In this document: positions 52,205-61,238 of the stretch, one piece after another
Layout: each line of letters begins with the position of its first letter
Numbering within the stretch: position 1 is the first letter of the stretch
Assembly (NCBI GenBank): GCA_016192455.1
Contig: JACPUC010000019.1
Location: 1-64,000, forward strand
DNA from: Candidatus Tectimicrobiota bacterium
Lineage (GTDB): Bacteria > JACPUC01
Direction of reading: 5' to 3'
Length of the DNA: 64,000 bases
Position numbers and translations under genes: made by a program
Notes under the pieces: generated by a model
Told to the model about the DNA's origin: nothing
The model's input: the letters and a program-made list of their open reading frames with translations, nothing else
Databases searched by the model: none

Positions 52205-52735
52205 TCAGGGCACGATGAAGTTCCCCTTGATGCGCAAGCGCGTCTCCGGTTGGCGCGGATCGTTCGATTTGATCACCGCTTCGAAGAGGTGCGGTCCTTC
52301 CATCCCCTTGTGCATCATGACGGAGGTGGTCACGGTTCCAGAGAAGCCGGGCTGCAGGGTGACCTCACGGATCACCATCTCCGGCGGTCAGCACCCCTCG
52401 AGCACTTTCATTTGGATCTTCTGATCGCGCCCGAACTCATTGGTGATGCGCAGCTCCGCATCGCCGACGTTGCGGTACACGAACGCATAGGGAGCCAGAC
52501 GATCAATGTACACCTTGCCGAAATCGACGAACTGGGTGTCAAACTCGATCTTCGGCCCCAACGCCACCGCCGGCCCGCCGGGCGCCGCGGCAAGGGGCGC
52601 GAGCTGCGCCGCGGCAGCCGCCCCCGCCGACCAGCTCAGGGCCACGACAGCGGACAGCAGGAGCAGGCCGCACACCGCCACGACGATGCGCGGGAAGCGT
52701 TCCAAGACTCTAGCTCGCGCGCGGCAATCTCTCAT
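52205..52735 (-). CDS. Exported DUF1573-like Ig-fold protein, putative selenoprotein (CU; TGA at 52388-52390)
   Basis: Signal peptide, GPKIEFD...DFG....F.YRNVGDAEL.I, then EGC-TGA-PP and an open in-frame continuation (LQPG, MMHKGMEGPH.F...SNDP..P...L.IKG) to a stop at 52205-52207. Confidence 0.8.
52346..52385 (-). promoter_or_regulatory. Candidate bacterial SECIS hairpin (DUF1573-like gene)
   Basis: UGA-N11-GGUGAUC-CGUGA-GGUCACC upper stem, G second in the loop, 18 nt between UGA and loop; GCCGG/CCGGC lower stem. Confidence 0.6.
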
Positions 52736-53063
52736 CTCCCCTCCCTGCTATGCACCGCGTCTGATTTGTGGGAGCGTTCCTCGCCTCTCAAGGGTGGCAC
52801 GCCATCTTTCATGGCTAACTTCATGCCTGCGTGACCTTAAAACCTTGACCGACATCAAAATCTCGAGGAGGAGCGCATCCTACGGCGGCAGGGCTTCCGC
52901 TGGCGCAGAGAGCTAATACCATCCTATAAGTTCCAACACCTCATTCTGACAGGGGGCCTTCTCTCCTCCGCGCACTCCGTAGGAGCGGATCGTAGGGGCG
53001 GGGCTTGCCCCGCCCGGCGCTTACGTCTGCGAGGGAACCTTGTCCCCTCGCGCACCCCGCCTT

Positions 53064-53091
53064 GTAGGGGCGGTTCGCGAACCGCCCCTAC
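53064..53091. repeat. GTAG-type REP-like palindrome (identical to 29267-29294)
   Basis: Exact 28-bp match; related GTAGGGGCGGGGCTTGCCCCGCCC at 52992-53015. Confidence 0.85.
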
Positions 53092-53310
53092 GGGATGGGG
53101 GTATGGGGGAGCATGGGTCCCTCATAAGCTCCTTGCCAATCCAGCGAGCAACGCCGCAACTAGGTGAGCGAACTTGTGGGACACACCACGAACGGGTGGG
53201 ATCGAACCTTTGGGGGCATGTCATGTGATAGGATAGGGTGGTGCAAGTGTAGAACTCCCCGCAGCGGGAGTCCTCCCGCCTTCAACAACCGAGAATTCGG
53301 TGGAGAAGCC

Positions 53311-54702
53311 ATGGAACTACTCTCTGCTTCAGCAACTGAGCTGGCCCGCGCCATCCGTGCCAAGGAAGTCTCCTCCTCCGAGGCGGTGGAGGCGTACCTG
53401 CGGCGCATCGAGGAGATCAATCCCAAGCTCAACGCGGTGGTGGTGGTGACAGCGGAGCGAGCGCGTGCCGAAGCCAAAGAGGCGGATGCGGCGCTGGCGC
53501 GGGGCAGCGTGAAGGGGCCGCTCCACGGCCTGCCCGTGACCATCAAGGACGCCTTCGAGACGGCCGGCGTGATCTCCACCGGCGGCACGCTGGGACGAAA
53601 AGCGTTCGTTCCGGAACGGGACGCCACCGCCGTGGCTCGTCTGCGCGCCGCGGGAGCCATCATGCTCGGCAAGACGAACTGCCCCGAGCTGAGCCTGGCG
53701 TTTGAGAGCGACAACCTTGTCTACGGTCGCACCACCAACCCGTATGACCTGTCGCGGACCCCCGGCGGCAGCTCCGGCGGCGAGGCCGCCATCATCGCCG
53801 CCTGTGGCTCGCCCCTCGGCCTGGGCAGCGACGCGGCCGGAAGCATCCGGCTGCCGTCGCATTACTGCGGCATCGCCGGGATCAAGCCGACCACCGGTCG
53901 CGTGCCGAGGACCGGCCATTTCCCTTCTCCCGACGGCGTGACGCAACCGCTGTGGCAGGTTGGCCCGATGGCCCGCCGAGTGGAGGACCTGATCCTGGTC
54001 CTGCCCATCATCGCCGGCGTGGACTGGTGCGATCCGGCAATCGTGCCGATGCCGCTCGGCGACCCCGCCGGCGTCAAGATCGCCGGGCTGCGGGTTGCGT
54101 TCTACACGGATAACCGCATCTTCGCGCCCACGCCGGAGACGGCCGGGGTAGTGGAGGCGGCGGCGAAAGCGCTTGCCGATGCGGGTGCGGTGGTGGAGGA
54201 GGCGCTGCCGACGGGGATCGAGCAGACCGCCGAGCTTACCAAGGCGGTGCTTGGCGGGGACGGAGGCGCCACGGTGCAGGGCCTCTTACAGGCCGCCGGC
54301 ACCACCGAGATGAGCCCGCTGCTGCAACGCCGGCAGAAGATTCGCACCGCGGGGAAGCTGCCGATTGATGAGTTCTACCGCCAGATGACGCGCTGGCAAA
54401 AGTTTCAGAGTTCCATGCTGGCGTTTTTCCAGCCTTACGACGTGATCATCTGCCCCGCGAACGCCGCCCCGGCCATGCCGCACGGAACCACCAGCGATCC
54501 CGACAAGTTCCTCGCCTTCATGTACACCCTCACCTACAACCTCACCGGCTGGCCCGGCGTGGTGGTGCGGGGAGGAACGTCAGCCGAGGGCTTGCCGATC
54601 GGCGTGCAGGTTGTCGCCCATGCCTGGAAGGAGCACGTCGCCCTGGCGGTGGCCCAGCACCTCGAACGTCTGCTGGGTGGCTGGCAGCCCCCGCCGCTGT
54701 AA
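53311..54702 (+). CDS. Amidase signature family enzyme
   Basis: GPLHGLPVTIKD, GKTN, PGGSSGGEAA, GSDAAGSIRLPS, GLPIGVQ. Confidence 0.95.
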   Translation: MELLSASATELARAIRAKEVSSSEAVEAYLRRIEEINPKLNAVVVVTAERARAEAKEADAALARGSVKGPLHGLPVTIKDAFETAGVISTGGTLGRKAFVPERDATAVARLRAAGAIMLGKTNCPELSLAFESDNLVYGRTTNPYDLSRTPGGSSGGEAAIIAACGSPLGLGSDAAGSIRLPSHYCGIAGIKPTTGRVPRTGHFPSPDGVTQPLWQVGPMARRVEDLILVLPIIAGVDWCDPAIVPMPLGDPAGVKIAGLRVAFYTDNRIFAPTPETAGVVEAAAKALADAGAVVEEALPTGIEQTAELTKAVLGGDGGATVQGLLQAAGTTEMSPLLQRRQKIRTAGKLPIDEFYRQMTRWQKFQSSMLAFFQPYDVIICPANAAPAMPHGTTSDPDKFLAFMYTLTYNLTGWPGVVVRGGTSAEGLPIGVQVVAHAWKEHVALAVAQHLERLLGGWQPPPL

Positions 54703-54962
54703 ATCAAGGACGACGTGCAGAGGTCCCGTTGATGGCGAGGAAAGCCGCTCTACCGCGGGCTGTTGGAGGACCGACTTCGATCACGAAGCGGCATGAGAAG
54801 GGCTCTGATTCATTGCGCAAGCGAGCGCTTATCCACTCCCATCACGCTGCGGAGGAGTGTGCCTGAAATTCCGGGGCTGGAGAGGCCGAAAGAGAGGCAG
54901 GTTCAATCGGCGGCTCAGCCTGCATCGCCAGGCCGCGGAAATGCCAGTTGCGGCTGTAACGC

Positions 54963-55040
54963 TGGCGTCCCCAGGGGGATTTGAACCCCCGTCGCCGGCG
55001 TGAAAGGCCGGTGTCCTGGGCCGGACTAGACGATGGGGAC
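54963..55040 (-). tRNA. tRNA-Glu (TTC)
   Basis: GTCCCCA/TGGGGAC acceptor stem, anticodon loop CTTTCAC, GGTTCAAATCC T-arm, encoded CCA. Confidence 0.96.
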
Positions 55041-55096
55041 GCCGATTCCGGCGAGCAGCACGGGAGGGCGTTACAGGGACGGTGGTCCAACCAGCT

Positions 55097-55173
55097 TGGT
55101 GAGCCGCGAAGGATTCGAACCTTCGACCCACGCCTTAAAAGGGCGTTGCTCTACCGGACTGAGCTAGCGGCCC
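55097..55173 (-). tRNA. tRNA-Lys (TTT)
   Basis: GGGCCGC/GCGGCTC acceptor stem, TAGCTCAG..GGTAGAGC D-arm, CTTTTAA loop, GGTTCGAATCC, CCA. Confidence 0.96.
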
Positions 55174-55661
55174 ACCTCCTTGGTTATCAGTCTGCGTTGC
55201 GAAGGAGCTGGGGAGGACCGCAGACGCTGCGTTCAGGAGTTCAGGACGAACCCTCGGTTCAACCCTCCCGTTCCAGGTGGCGCGGCCAGCACGTACCGCA
55301 GGGAGAGCCTGCGGCCGCAACGGTTCGCCGCCCGACCTGCTGCCTCAAAGCGAGAGTCTGTGGCGCCCCGGCGCACCAAACGACGACTCGGCATTCCGCC
55401 GGGGCGGGGAGAGCGAGCCTGCGTTTTGCCGCGAAACATCAAGGGCATCCGGTTGGCTCGCAGGGACGCAAGATACATTACTGCGTGAAAGGATTCCCGT
55501 CAAGTTCACCGACTTTCAGCCCTGCCGGCAAGGAACGCGACTCCTGCCGAGGCAAGAGGGGCGCTCGCCCACCACCGCGCCCCTCGCTTGCGTCGCCTGA
55601 AGCCGCCGGCTCCGTCGCGGAGGGATTGCCCTGCCGCGGGGGCGCTCCTCTGTCGCGCTGC

Positions 55662-56948
55662 TCAGCTCACTAGCAAGTTGGGCACCGACAGCGCGGCGAT
55701 AAGGTAGAGCACCAGGTTGAGGTCCCGCCACTTCCCCAGCGCCAGCTTGAGGAGGACGTAGCTGAGGAAACCAAAGAGCAGGCCATGCGAGATGGAGTAG
55801 GTGAACGGCATGAGGACGATCGTGAGGAAGCTCGGGAAGGCGTCCTCCCAGTTCGTAAAGTCGATCTCCCGCACGCCGCGCATCATGTAGACCCCGACGG
55901 CGATAAGGGCGGGGGCCGTGGCATAGGTCGGGACGACGGCGATCAGGGGCGTGAAGAACATGGCGAGCAGGAAGAGGACGCCGGTGGTGACGGCGGTGAG
56001 GCCGCTGCGGCCGCCCTGGGCGATGCCGCTGGCGGACTCGATGTAGGTCGTCGTCGTCGAGGTTCCCAGCAGGGCTCCCGCGGCCGTCGCCATGGCATCG
56101 GCCGCCAGCATCTGGCCGATCTTCGGGATGCTGCCGTCGGCTTGCACCATGCCCGCCTGGTAGGCCACCCCCACCATGGTGCCGACGCTGTCGAAGAGGT
56201 CCACAAACATCATGGTGAAGATGGCGCCCCACAAGCCCACCGTGAAGATGGCGGCGAAGTCGAGCCGCAGCGCGATGGGGGCCGGCGAGGGTGGCAAGCT
56301 CAGCACGCCTGCCGGCGTGCTTCCATAGCCCAGGAGCATGCCGAGGATCGCCGTGGCCAGAATGCCCGCGAGGATCGCCCCCCGTATTCCCCGCGCGGCA
56401 AGGTACATGATGACGAGCAGACCGAAGAGGCCCAGAAAGACGGTCGGCTTGAGCTTGCCGATGGTGATGAAGGTGGCGGGATGGGCCACCACGAGCCCAA
56501 GGTTTTGCAGGCCGATGAGGGTGATGAAGAGGCCGATGCCGATGGAGAGGGAGAGGCGCAGGGCGGCGGGGATGGAGCGCACGAACCTCTCGCGCACCCC
56601 GACGACGGTGAGGAGGAGAAAGAGGATGCCGCTGTAGAAGACGGCGCCCAGCGCCACCTGCCAGGAGAGCCCCAGGCTCTTCACGAGGGTGAAGGTGAAG
56701 AAGGCATTCAGGCCCATCCCCGGCGCCATCATGAGCGGCACGCGCGGCCACAGACCAAGCAGCAGCGTCGCCAGGCCCGAGATGAGGCAGGTGACGGTGA
56801 TCAGGGCGCCCCGGTCCATGCCCGTCTCGGAGAGAATGGAAGGATTCACGAAGATGATGTAAGCTGCGGTAAGGAAGGTGGTGATGCCGGCCAAAATTTC
56901 AATGCGCACCGTGGTGCCGTGTCGCTGCAGCTCGAAGAAACGCTCCAT
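55662..56948 (-). CDS. NCS2/AzgA-family nucleobase permease
   Basis: EILAGITTFLT..YIIFVNP, APGMGLNAFF, GIGLFI, FDSVGT, TTYIESASG, PFTYSISHG. Confidence 0.95.
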   Translation of the reverse strand: MERFFELQRHGTTVRIEILAGITTFLTAAYIIFVNPSILSETGMDRGALITVTCLISGLATLLLGLWPRVPLMMAPGMGLNAFFTFTLVKSLGLSWQVALGAVFYSGILFLLLTVVGVRERFVRSIPAALRLSLSIGIGLFITLIGLQNLGLVVAHPATFITIGKLKPTVFLGLFGLLVIMYLAARGIRGAILAGILATAILGMLLGYGSTPAGVLSLPPSPAPIALRLDFAAIFTVGLWGAIFTMMFVDLFDSVGTMVGVAYQAGMVQADGSIPKIGQMLAADAMATAAGALLGTSTTTTYIESASGIAQGGRSGLTAVTTGVLFLLAMFFTPLIAVVPTYATAPALIAVGVYMMRGVREIDFTNWEDAFPSFLTIVLMPFTYSISHGLLFGFLSYVLLKLALGKWRDLNLVLYLIAALSVPNLLVS

Positions 56949-57184
56949 GCCCAGCTCCTCCTGCAACCGCTCGCCGAGAACGCTGCGCTTCCCAGCTTCG
57001 AGGCGTCTCCCTTAGCCGGACATCGCGGCGCAGAGACCCCGAGCGGGACGGCGCACGAGCGCGCCGGGCCGGCGTGGTGATCCGGCAGCCGTCCCTCTTC
57101 CCGACCAGGCGAGAAGAGCGCGCCCCAAAATCAGGGGTTGCGGCGGCCCCTCGCGCAGCCGCGGGCCGTCCAGGTAAACTCGAA

Positions 57185-57200
57185 TGTTCCACGTGGAACA
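57185..57200. promoter_or_regulatory. parS chromosome partition site
   Basis: Perfect intergenic palindrome TGTTCCACGTGGAACA matching the ParB/Spo0J consensus. Confidence 0.88.
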
Positions 57201-57309
57201 TTGGCGGCCGCTCGCGCAGCCGCGCGCTTGGGGCCGGCGCCGCAGCCGTCACGCAGCCTCTGCATCGCCCCCGGAGTCGCACGCCGGCTGGGCAGGAAGG
57301 AAGTGTACC

Positions 57310-57948
57310 ATGATGCAGCCTCTCTTAAACACCCTTGATCACACGGCGCTCCTGGTCATCGACATGCAGAACGCCTACTGCCATCCCCAGGGTGGGATGG
57401 CCAAGGGGGGAAAAAATATCAACCTGATGCGGCAGTCGATTCAACCGATCGTGGAGCTGATCCAGCTCTGCCGGCGCCAGGGCATTCCCATCCTGCTCTC
57501 CCAGCAGGAGCACTGGGGCAACGCCGACTTGACGCGCCGCAAGCATGCCATCCCCTCCCACCTCGACCGTCAGAAGATCAGCATTGCCGAGCGCGGCACC
57601 TGGGACTTCGAGCTCCTCGACGAGATCAAGGCCGTCCTGCAGCCGGAGGACAACGTCTTCGTCAAGCATCGCATGTCCTGCTTCTTCGACACCAACCTGG
57701 CCACGCGGCTGCGCATGCTTGACGTCACCCAGCTCATCATCGGCGGCGTCGCCACCAACGTCTGCGTGGAATCAACTATTCGGGACGCCTACTTCCGCGA
57801 TTTCGACATCATCGTCGTGCCGGAATGCGTCGGCGGCCCCTGGCCCGAGCTGCATGCAAACACCTTGAAGAACGTCGAGATGCTGTTCGGCCGGCTGGTG
57901 TCGCTGGCCGATCTCTACACCGCGTTCGGAGCGAGGGTGATGGTGTGA
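57310..57948 (+). CDS. Isochorismatase-like cysteine hydrolase
   Basis: TALLVIDMQN, KHRMSCF, GVATNVCVESTIRDA (Asp-Lys-Cys triad). Confidence 0.93.
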   Translation: MMQPLLNTLDHTALLVIDMQNAYCHPQGGMAKGGKNINLMRQSIQPIVELIQLCRRQGIPILLSQQEHWGNADLTRRKHAIPSHLDRQKISIAERGTWDFELLDEIKAVLQPEDNVFVKHRMSCFFDTNLATRLRMLDVTQLIIGGVATNVCVESTIRDAYFRDFDIIVVPECVGGPWPELHANTLKNVEMLFGRLVSLADLYTAFGARVMV

Positions 57949-58112
57949 CGCGGCGCGCGGCCAAGCTGCGGCGATGAGGGGGCGCGCCAGACGCGCCGCG
58001 CAGCGGTGAAGAGCAAATTCACAGTTCCGTGGGACGTTGCGAAGGGTCGCGGCTGGTCAACTCGCCCGCGAAGGAGAGACCCCAGGACGTGGAACCGGTG
58101 CGAGGGTGGAAC

Positions 58113-58523
58113 ATGGATGCATGGAGAAACGTGTTCCAGAGTTTGTTACGAAGAAGAGAAAGAACCTCGAGGGGATTCACGCTCATCGAGATGCTGCTGG
58201 TGGTATCAATCATCGGGCTGTTGGCGGCAATCGCCATGCCGGGGTATCAACTCTACTCTCGCCGCGCGCGCCGCGTTGAGGCGCGCCAGGAACTCGGCCA
58301 TATCCGCCGCTTGCAGGATAAGTTTTTCGCCGAGAACGGCAAGTACGCGAAGACGGGATCCGAGTTGAGCTACGAACCTCCAATCGGCGCCACCTACTAT
58401 AAGTACAAGGTGGCTGATGACAAAACTTCCACCGCAACCGGCAAGGCGGGGTTTGATGTTCAGGGAGAACTCTGGACCCTCACCTACGCCACCGGAGAGA
58501 TTATCTGCAAAGCCGGGTGTTAG
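58113..58523 (+). CDS. Type IV pilin-like protein
   Basis: Prepilin cleavage site G|FTLIEM with E5, hydrophobic helix, two C-terminal Cys. Confidence 0.92.
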   Translation: MDAWRNVFQSLLRRRERTSRGFTLIEMLLVVSIIGLLAAIAMPGYQLYSRRARRVEARQELGHIRRLQDKFFAENGKYAKTGSELSYEPPIGATYYKYKVADDKTSTATGKAGFDVQGELWTLTYATGEIICKAGC

Positions 58524-58647
58524 GGGTTCGTTGACCTGCGAAACGTACAAGTTGATTCTCCATCCAAGCTTGGCAATACTCTTCTTCCAGAACTTCTATT
58601 GTGTGAGATTTAATTTCCGATACTGAAAAACTCGTGCAGGGAACGCT

Positions 58648-59610
58648 ATGAGAGTGGATATTACCTACCATTATCCCCCTGAATTGATGAGTCTCCTCAT
58701 CGACACAATTCCGCTTCTCAACAAAGCGAAAAAAGATGTGTTTCTGTTTTTCCAAGGTGCTGGGGTGGCGGACTCACTCATGAGGCTTCCCCTTCAACGG
58801 TGGAAACAAGACAGGAACAACATAAACAAATTTGAGATTGCCCGGCAAGTTTTAGTCGAACTTAATGCGAGAGGCGAAACATGCTTAAGAGAACGTCGAG
58901 AAGTTCTAAAGCGTGTGATTGAATTCGAGTCTTTTTCATCCTGCTGGCCAGCGGATCAGCTCAAAGCAAGGGGATTAGTTGCAGAAATTCAGAAGGTAGT
59001 TAACGTCAAGGATAGCTTTACGCGTATGGCAAAAGAACGTGAGGCGACCCAACAAGCCCACATAGCTAAAAAACAGGCTGAGATCGATAAGGCTACCAAA
59101 AAGAGAGATGCGATCACAAAGGTAAAAAGTGACCTATCCGCCTTGTTTACCGAAGGTGACAGGCACAGACGAGGAAAGGCATTGGAAGGAGTCTTAAACT
59201 CTCTATTCGAGGCTTATGGCATTCTCATACGTGAGGCGTTTTCTCTTCCCGGCGATCAGGGCGAGGGAGTGGTTGAACAAATTGATGGTGTCATTGAGCT
59301 TGATGGCCACCTATACTTCGTCGAGGTGAAATGGTGGAAGGAGCCACTTGGTGTTGCAGAAATATCACAGCACCTTGTCCGGGTTTACCATCGTGCCGAA
59401 AGTCGCGCAATCATTATCTCTGCCTCTGACTTCACCGCTCCTGCCGTGACTACATGCAAAAAAGCATTGCAGCAGAAGGTAGTGGTGCTATGCACGTTGC
59501 AAGAAATCACAATTTTACTTGAAAGAGAGGGTGACCTTCGTGAGTTTATCAAGAAAAAAGCCCAGGCCTCAATAGTTGATGGTAACCCCTACTTCGAGGT
59601 CCGCATGTAA
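58648..59610 (+). CDS. Mrr-like PD-(D/E)xK restriction endonuclease
   Basis: RGKALE, EQIDG....VEVKWW, IISASDFT; AT-rich relative to flanks. Confidence 0.82.
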   Translation: MRVDITYHYPPELMSLLIDTIPLLNKAKKDVFLFFQGAGVADSLMRLPLQRWKQDRNNINKFEIARQVLVELNARGETCLRERREVLKRVIEFESFSSCWPADQLKARGLVAEIQKVVNVKDSFTRMAKEREATQQAHIAKKQAEIDKATKKRDAITKVKSDLSALFTEGDRHRRGKALEGVLNSLFEAYGILIREAFSLPGDQGEGVVEQIDGVIELDGHLYFVEVKWWKEPLGVAEISQHLVRVYHRAESRAIIISASDFTAPAVTTCKKALQQKVVVLCTLQEITILLEREGDLREFIKKKAQASIVDGNPYFEVRM

Positions 59611-59648
59611 TCAAACAACGGAACGGGCACCTTGACCGGACATCCCCC

Positions 59649-61235
59649 TCACCCCCTTCTCTTGCGCTGCACCTGCTTGTAGACGCCGAAGCCGAGGACG
59701 ATGACGGGGAGCAGCACCACGGAGAGCCAGAAGATGGCCTGCGGCTCGGCGCCGCTGAGCAGGACGGGGCTCCCTTCGATGTCTTTCGGGCGGATGGCGA
59801 TGAGGTCCTCATCCTGCGCCAGCCAGCTCAGGGTGTTCATGAAGAGGTCGCTGTTCCCCTGCAGCTTGACGGCGTTGTTGCTGGCGAAATCGGAGTCGCC
59901 GAACACCACGAGCCGGGCCTGCTTCGGCTCCGGCTGCGCCGTGGGACTGGGGCTGGCCTGCCCCTGGTTCACGTCCACGGTGGCGACCACCGCCACGGAA
60001 ACCGGGCCGGCAATATCCTTCCCTTGATCGAAGACTGCCTCGCCTTGATCGAGCTTGGCGCGGTCGGTCTCGCCCCAACTGTTCGGGCTTGTCTTCGCCA
60101 GGGTCTGCACCGTGATGCCCAGGCCCGGTTTTTCCTTCGGCCGCACGGAGGTGGCGAGGGGGAAGAAGGTGACGACGTTGAACCGATCCGTAATGGGATG
60201 CTTCTCGTACGACGAGACAGTGGGGACGACCTCATCCACGCCGAAGAGCCGACTCAGCTTGTCCAGAACGATGTCGTTGCCGAGGACCACGCCATACTTG
60301 TCGAGCAGCTTCGCATAGCCGGGGGGGGTATCGGGATCGAGCAGGAAGAGGGCATTGCCCCCCTTGGCGATGAATGCGGTGAGACGTTCGAGCTCCTTCT
60401 CGTGGAGCTCCCGCCGGGGACCGGCGATGATGACCGTGGTGGCGTCGTCGGGGACCTTCTCGGCGGTGAGGAGGACGAGGTCCTTGAGGTCGTAGTTGGA
60501 GCCGCGGATGGTCGCGGCGATCTGGCTGTATCCATCCTGAGCAGAATTGTCGCTGCTCTTCTCGCCATGCCCTTTCAGGAGGTACGCCGTCTTGTTCTTC
60601 TCGCGCAGCACCTTGATGAGGCCGTTCGTCAGATCCTGCTCGCGCGGCGCAACCAGCTTCTCCTCCTTCTTGCCGGCTTTCAGCACCACGGTGCCGTAAC
60701 TCTTGATGCCGAACTTCTCGGCTTCACGCGGGCTGCGGTCGGGATCAACGAAACGAAAGCTGAACTTCTCGGAGAGGTAGGCATAGCGGTCGAGCAGGTT
60801 CTGCATCTCCAGGCGGCCGCCCTGCGCCTCTTCATAGAAGGCGATCACCTCGACCGTCTGCTTCAGGTTGCGCACCACCTGCTGCGTCTGCGGGGCGAGA
60901 GTGTAGCGGGCCGTCTTCGTCACGTCGAAGCGCTTCGTATGCTTGGTTGAGAGCACCTCCACCATGACGGCGATGCCAAGCACGACGAGGATCATCAGGG
61001 TGGCGGCGAAGCCGTAGCGGGTGGAGCGGCTCCCCAGCCAGCCGCGCAGGCGGGCGAAGTTCACCAGGAGGGCGATGAGGAGCAGCACGAGCCCCACGAT
61101 GAGGAGGACGACGCTGCTGGTCACCAGGGTTCTGTACGCCAGGCGGACCACCAGGCCCACGGCCACCAGAACGGCCCCGAGGAGACCGAGCCAGGCCGCC
61201 ACTTGCTGGCTTCGACTCGGATACCCTGCACCCAT
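59649..61235 (-). CDS. GldG-like ABC transporter auxiliary protein
   Basis: N-terminal TMs, D.T...YTL..QT, FVDPD, GHGE, IIAGP, VFGDSDF, C-terminal TM. Confidence 0.88.
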   Translation of the reverse strand: MGAGYPSRSQQVAAWLGLLGAVLVAVGLVVRLAYRTLVTSSVVLLIVGLVLLLIALLVNFARLRGWLGSRSTRYGFAATLMILVVLGIAVMVEVLSTKHTKRFDVTKTARYTLAPQTQQVVRNLKQTVEVIAFYEEAQGGRLEMQNLLDRYAYLSEKFSFRFVDPDRSPREAEKFGIKSYGTVVLKAGKKEEKLVAPREQDLTNGLIKVLREKNKTAYLLKGHGEKSSDNSAQDGYSQIAATIRGSNYDLKDLVLLTAEKVPDDATTVIIAGPRRELHEKELERLTAFIAKGGNALFLLDPDTPPGYAKLLDKYGVVLGNDIVLDKLSRLFGVDEVVPTVSSYEKHPITDRFNVVTFFPLATSVRPKEKPGLGITVQTLAKTSPNSWGETDRAKLDQGEAVFDQGKDIAGPVSVAVVATVDVNQGQASPSPTAQPEPKQARLVVFGDSDFASNNAVKLQGNSDLFMNTLSWLAQDEDLIAIRPKDIEGSPVLLSGAEPQAIFWLSVVLLPVIVLGFGVYKQVQRKRRG

Positions 61236-61238
61236 GCC

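Noticed and set aside
47854-52735. Reading the two in-frame TGA codons as pseudogene-causing nonsense mutations
   Set aside because: Both fall at Cys-type motif positions, both have 3' hairpins and neither gene shows other decay. Recoding is more parsimonious, though unproven without selABC.
54963-55173. tRNA pair as an island integration site
   Set aside because: I found no duplicated tRNA 3' end and no integrase in the window.
57184-57309. MFHVEH N-terminal extension of the cysteine hydrolase
   Set aside because: It is simply the translation of the parS palindrome; the likely start is 57310, after an AGGAAGG RBS.
58005-58075. Possible c-di-GMP-I riboswitch upstream of the pilin (GCAAA...GGGACG)
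   Set aside because: The GNRA tetraloop, the GCAAAG junction and a convincing P2 stem are missing.
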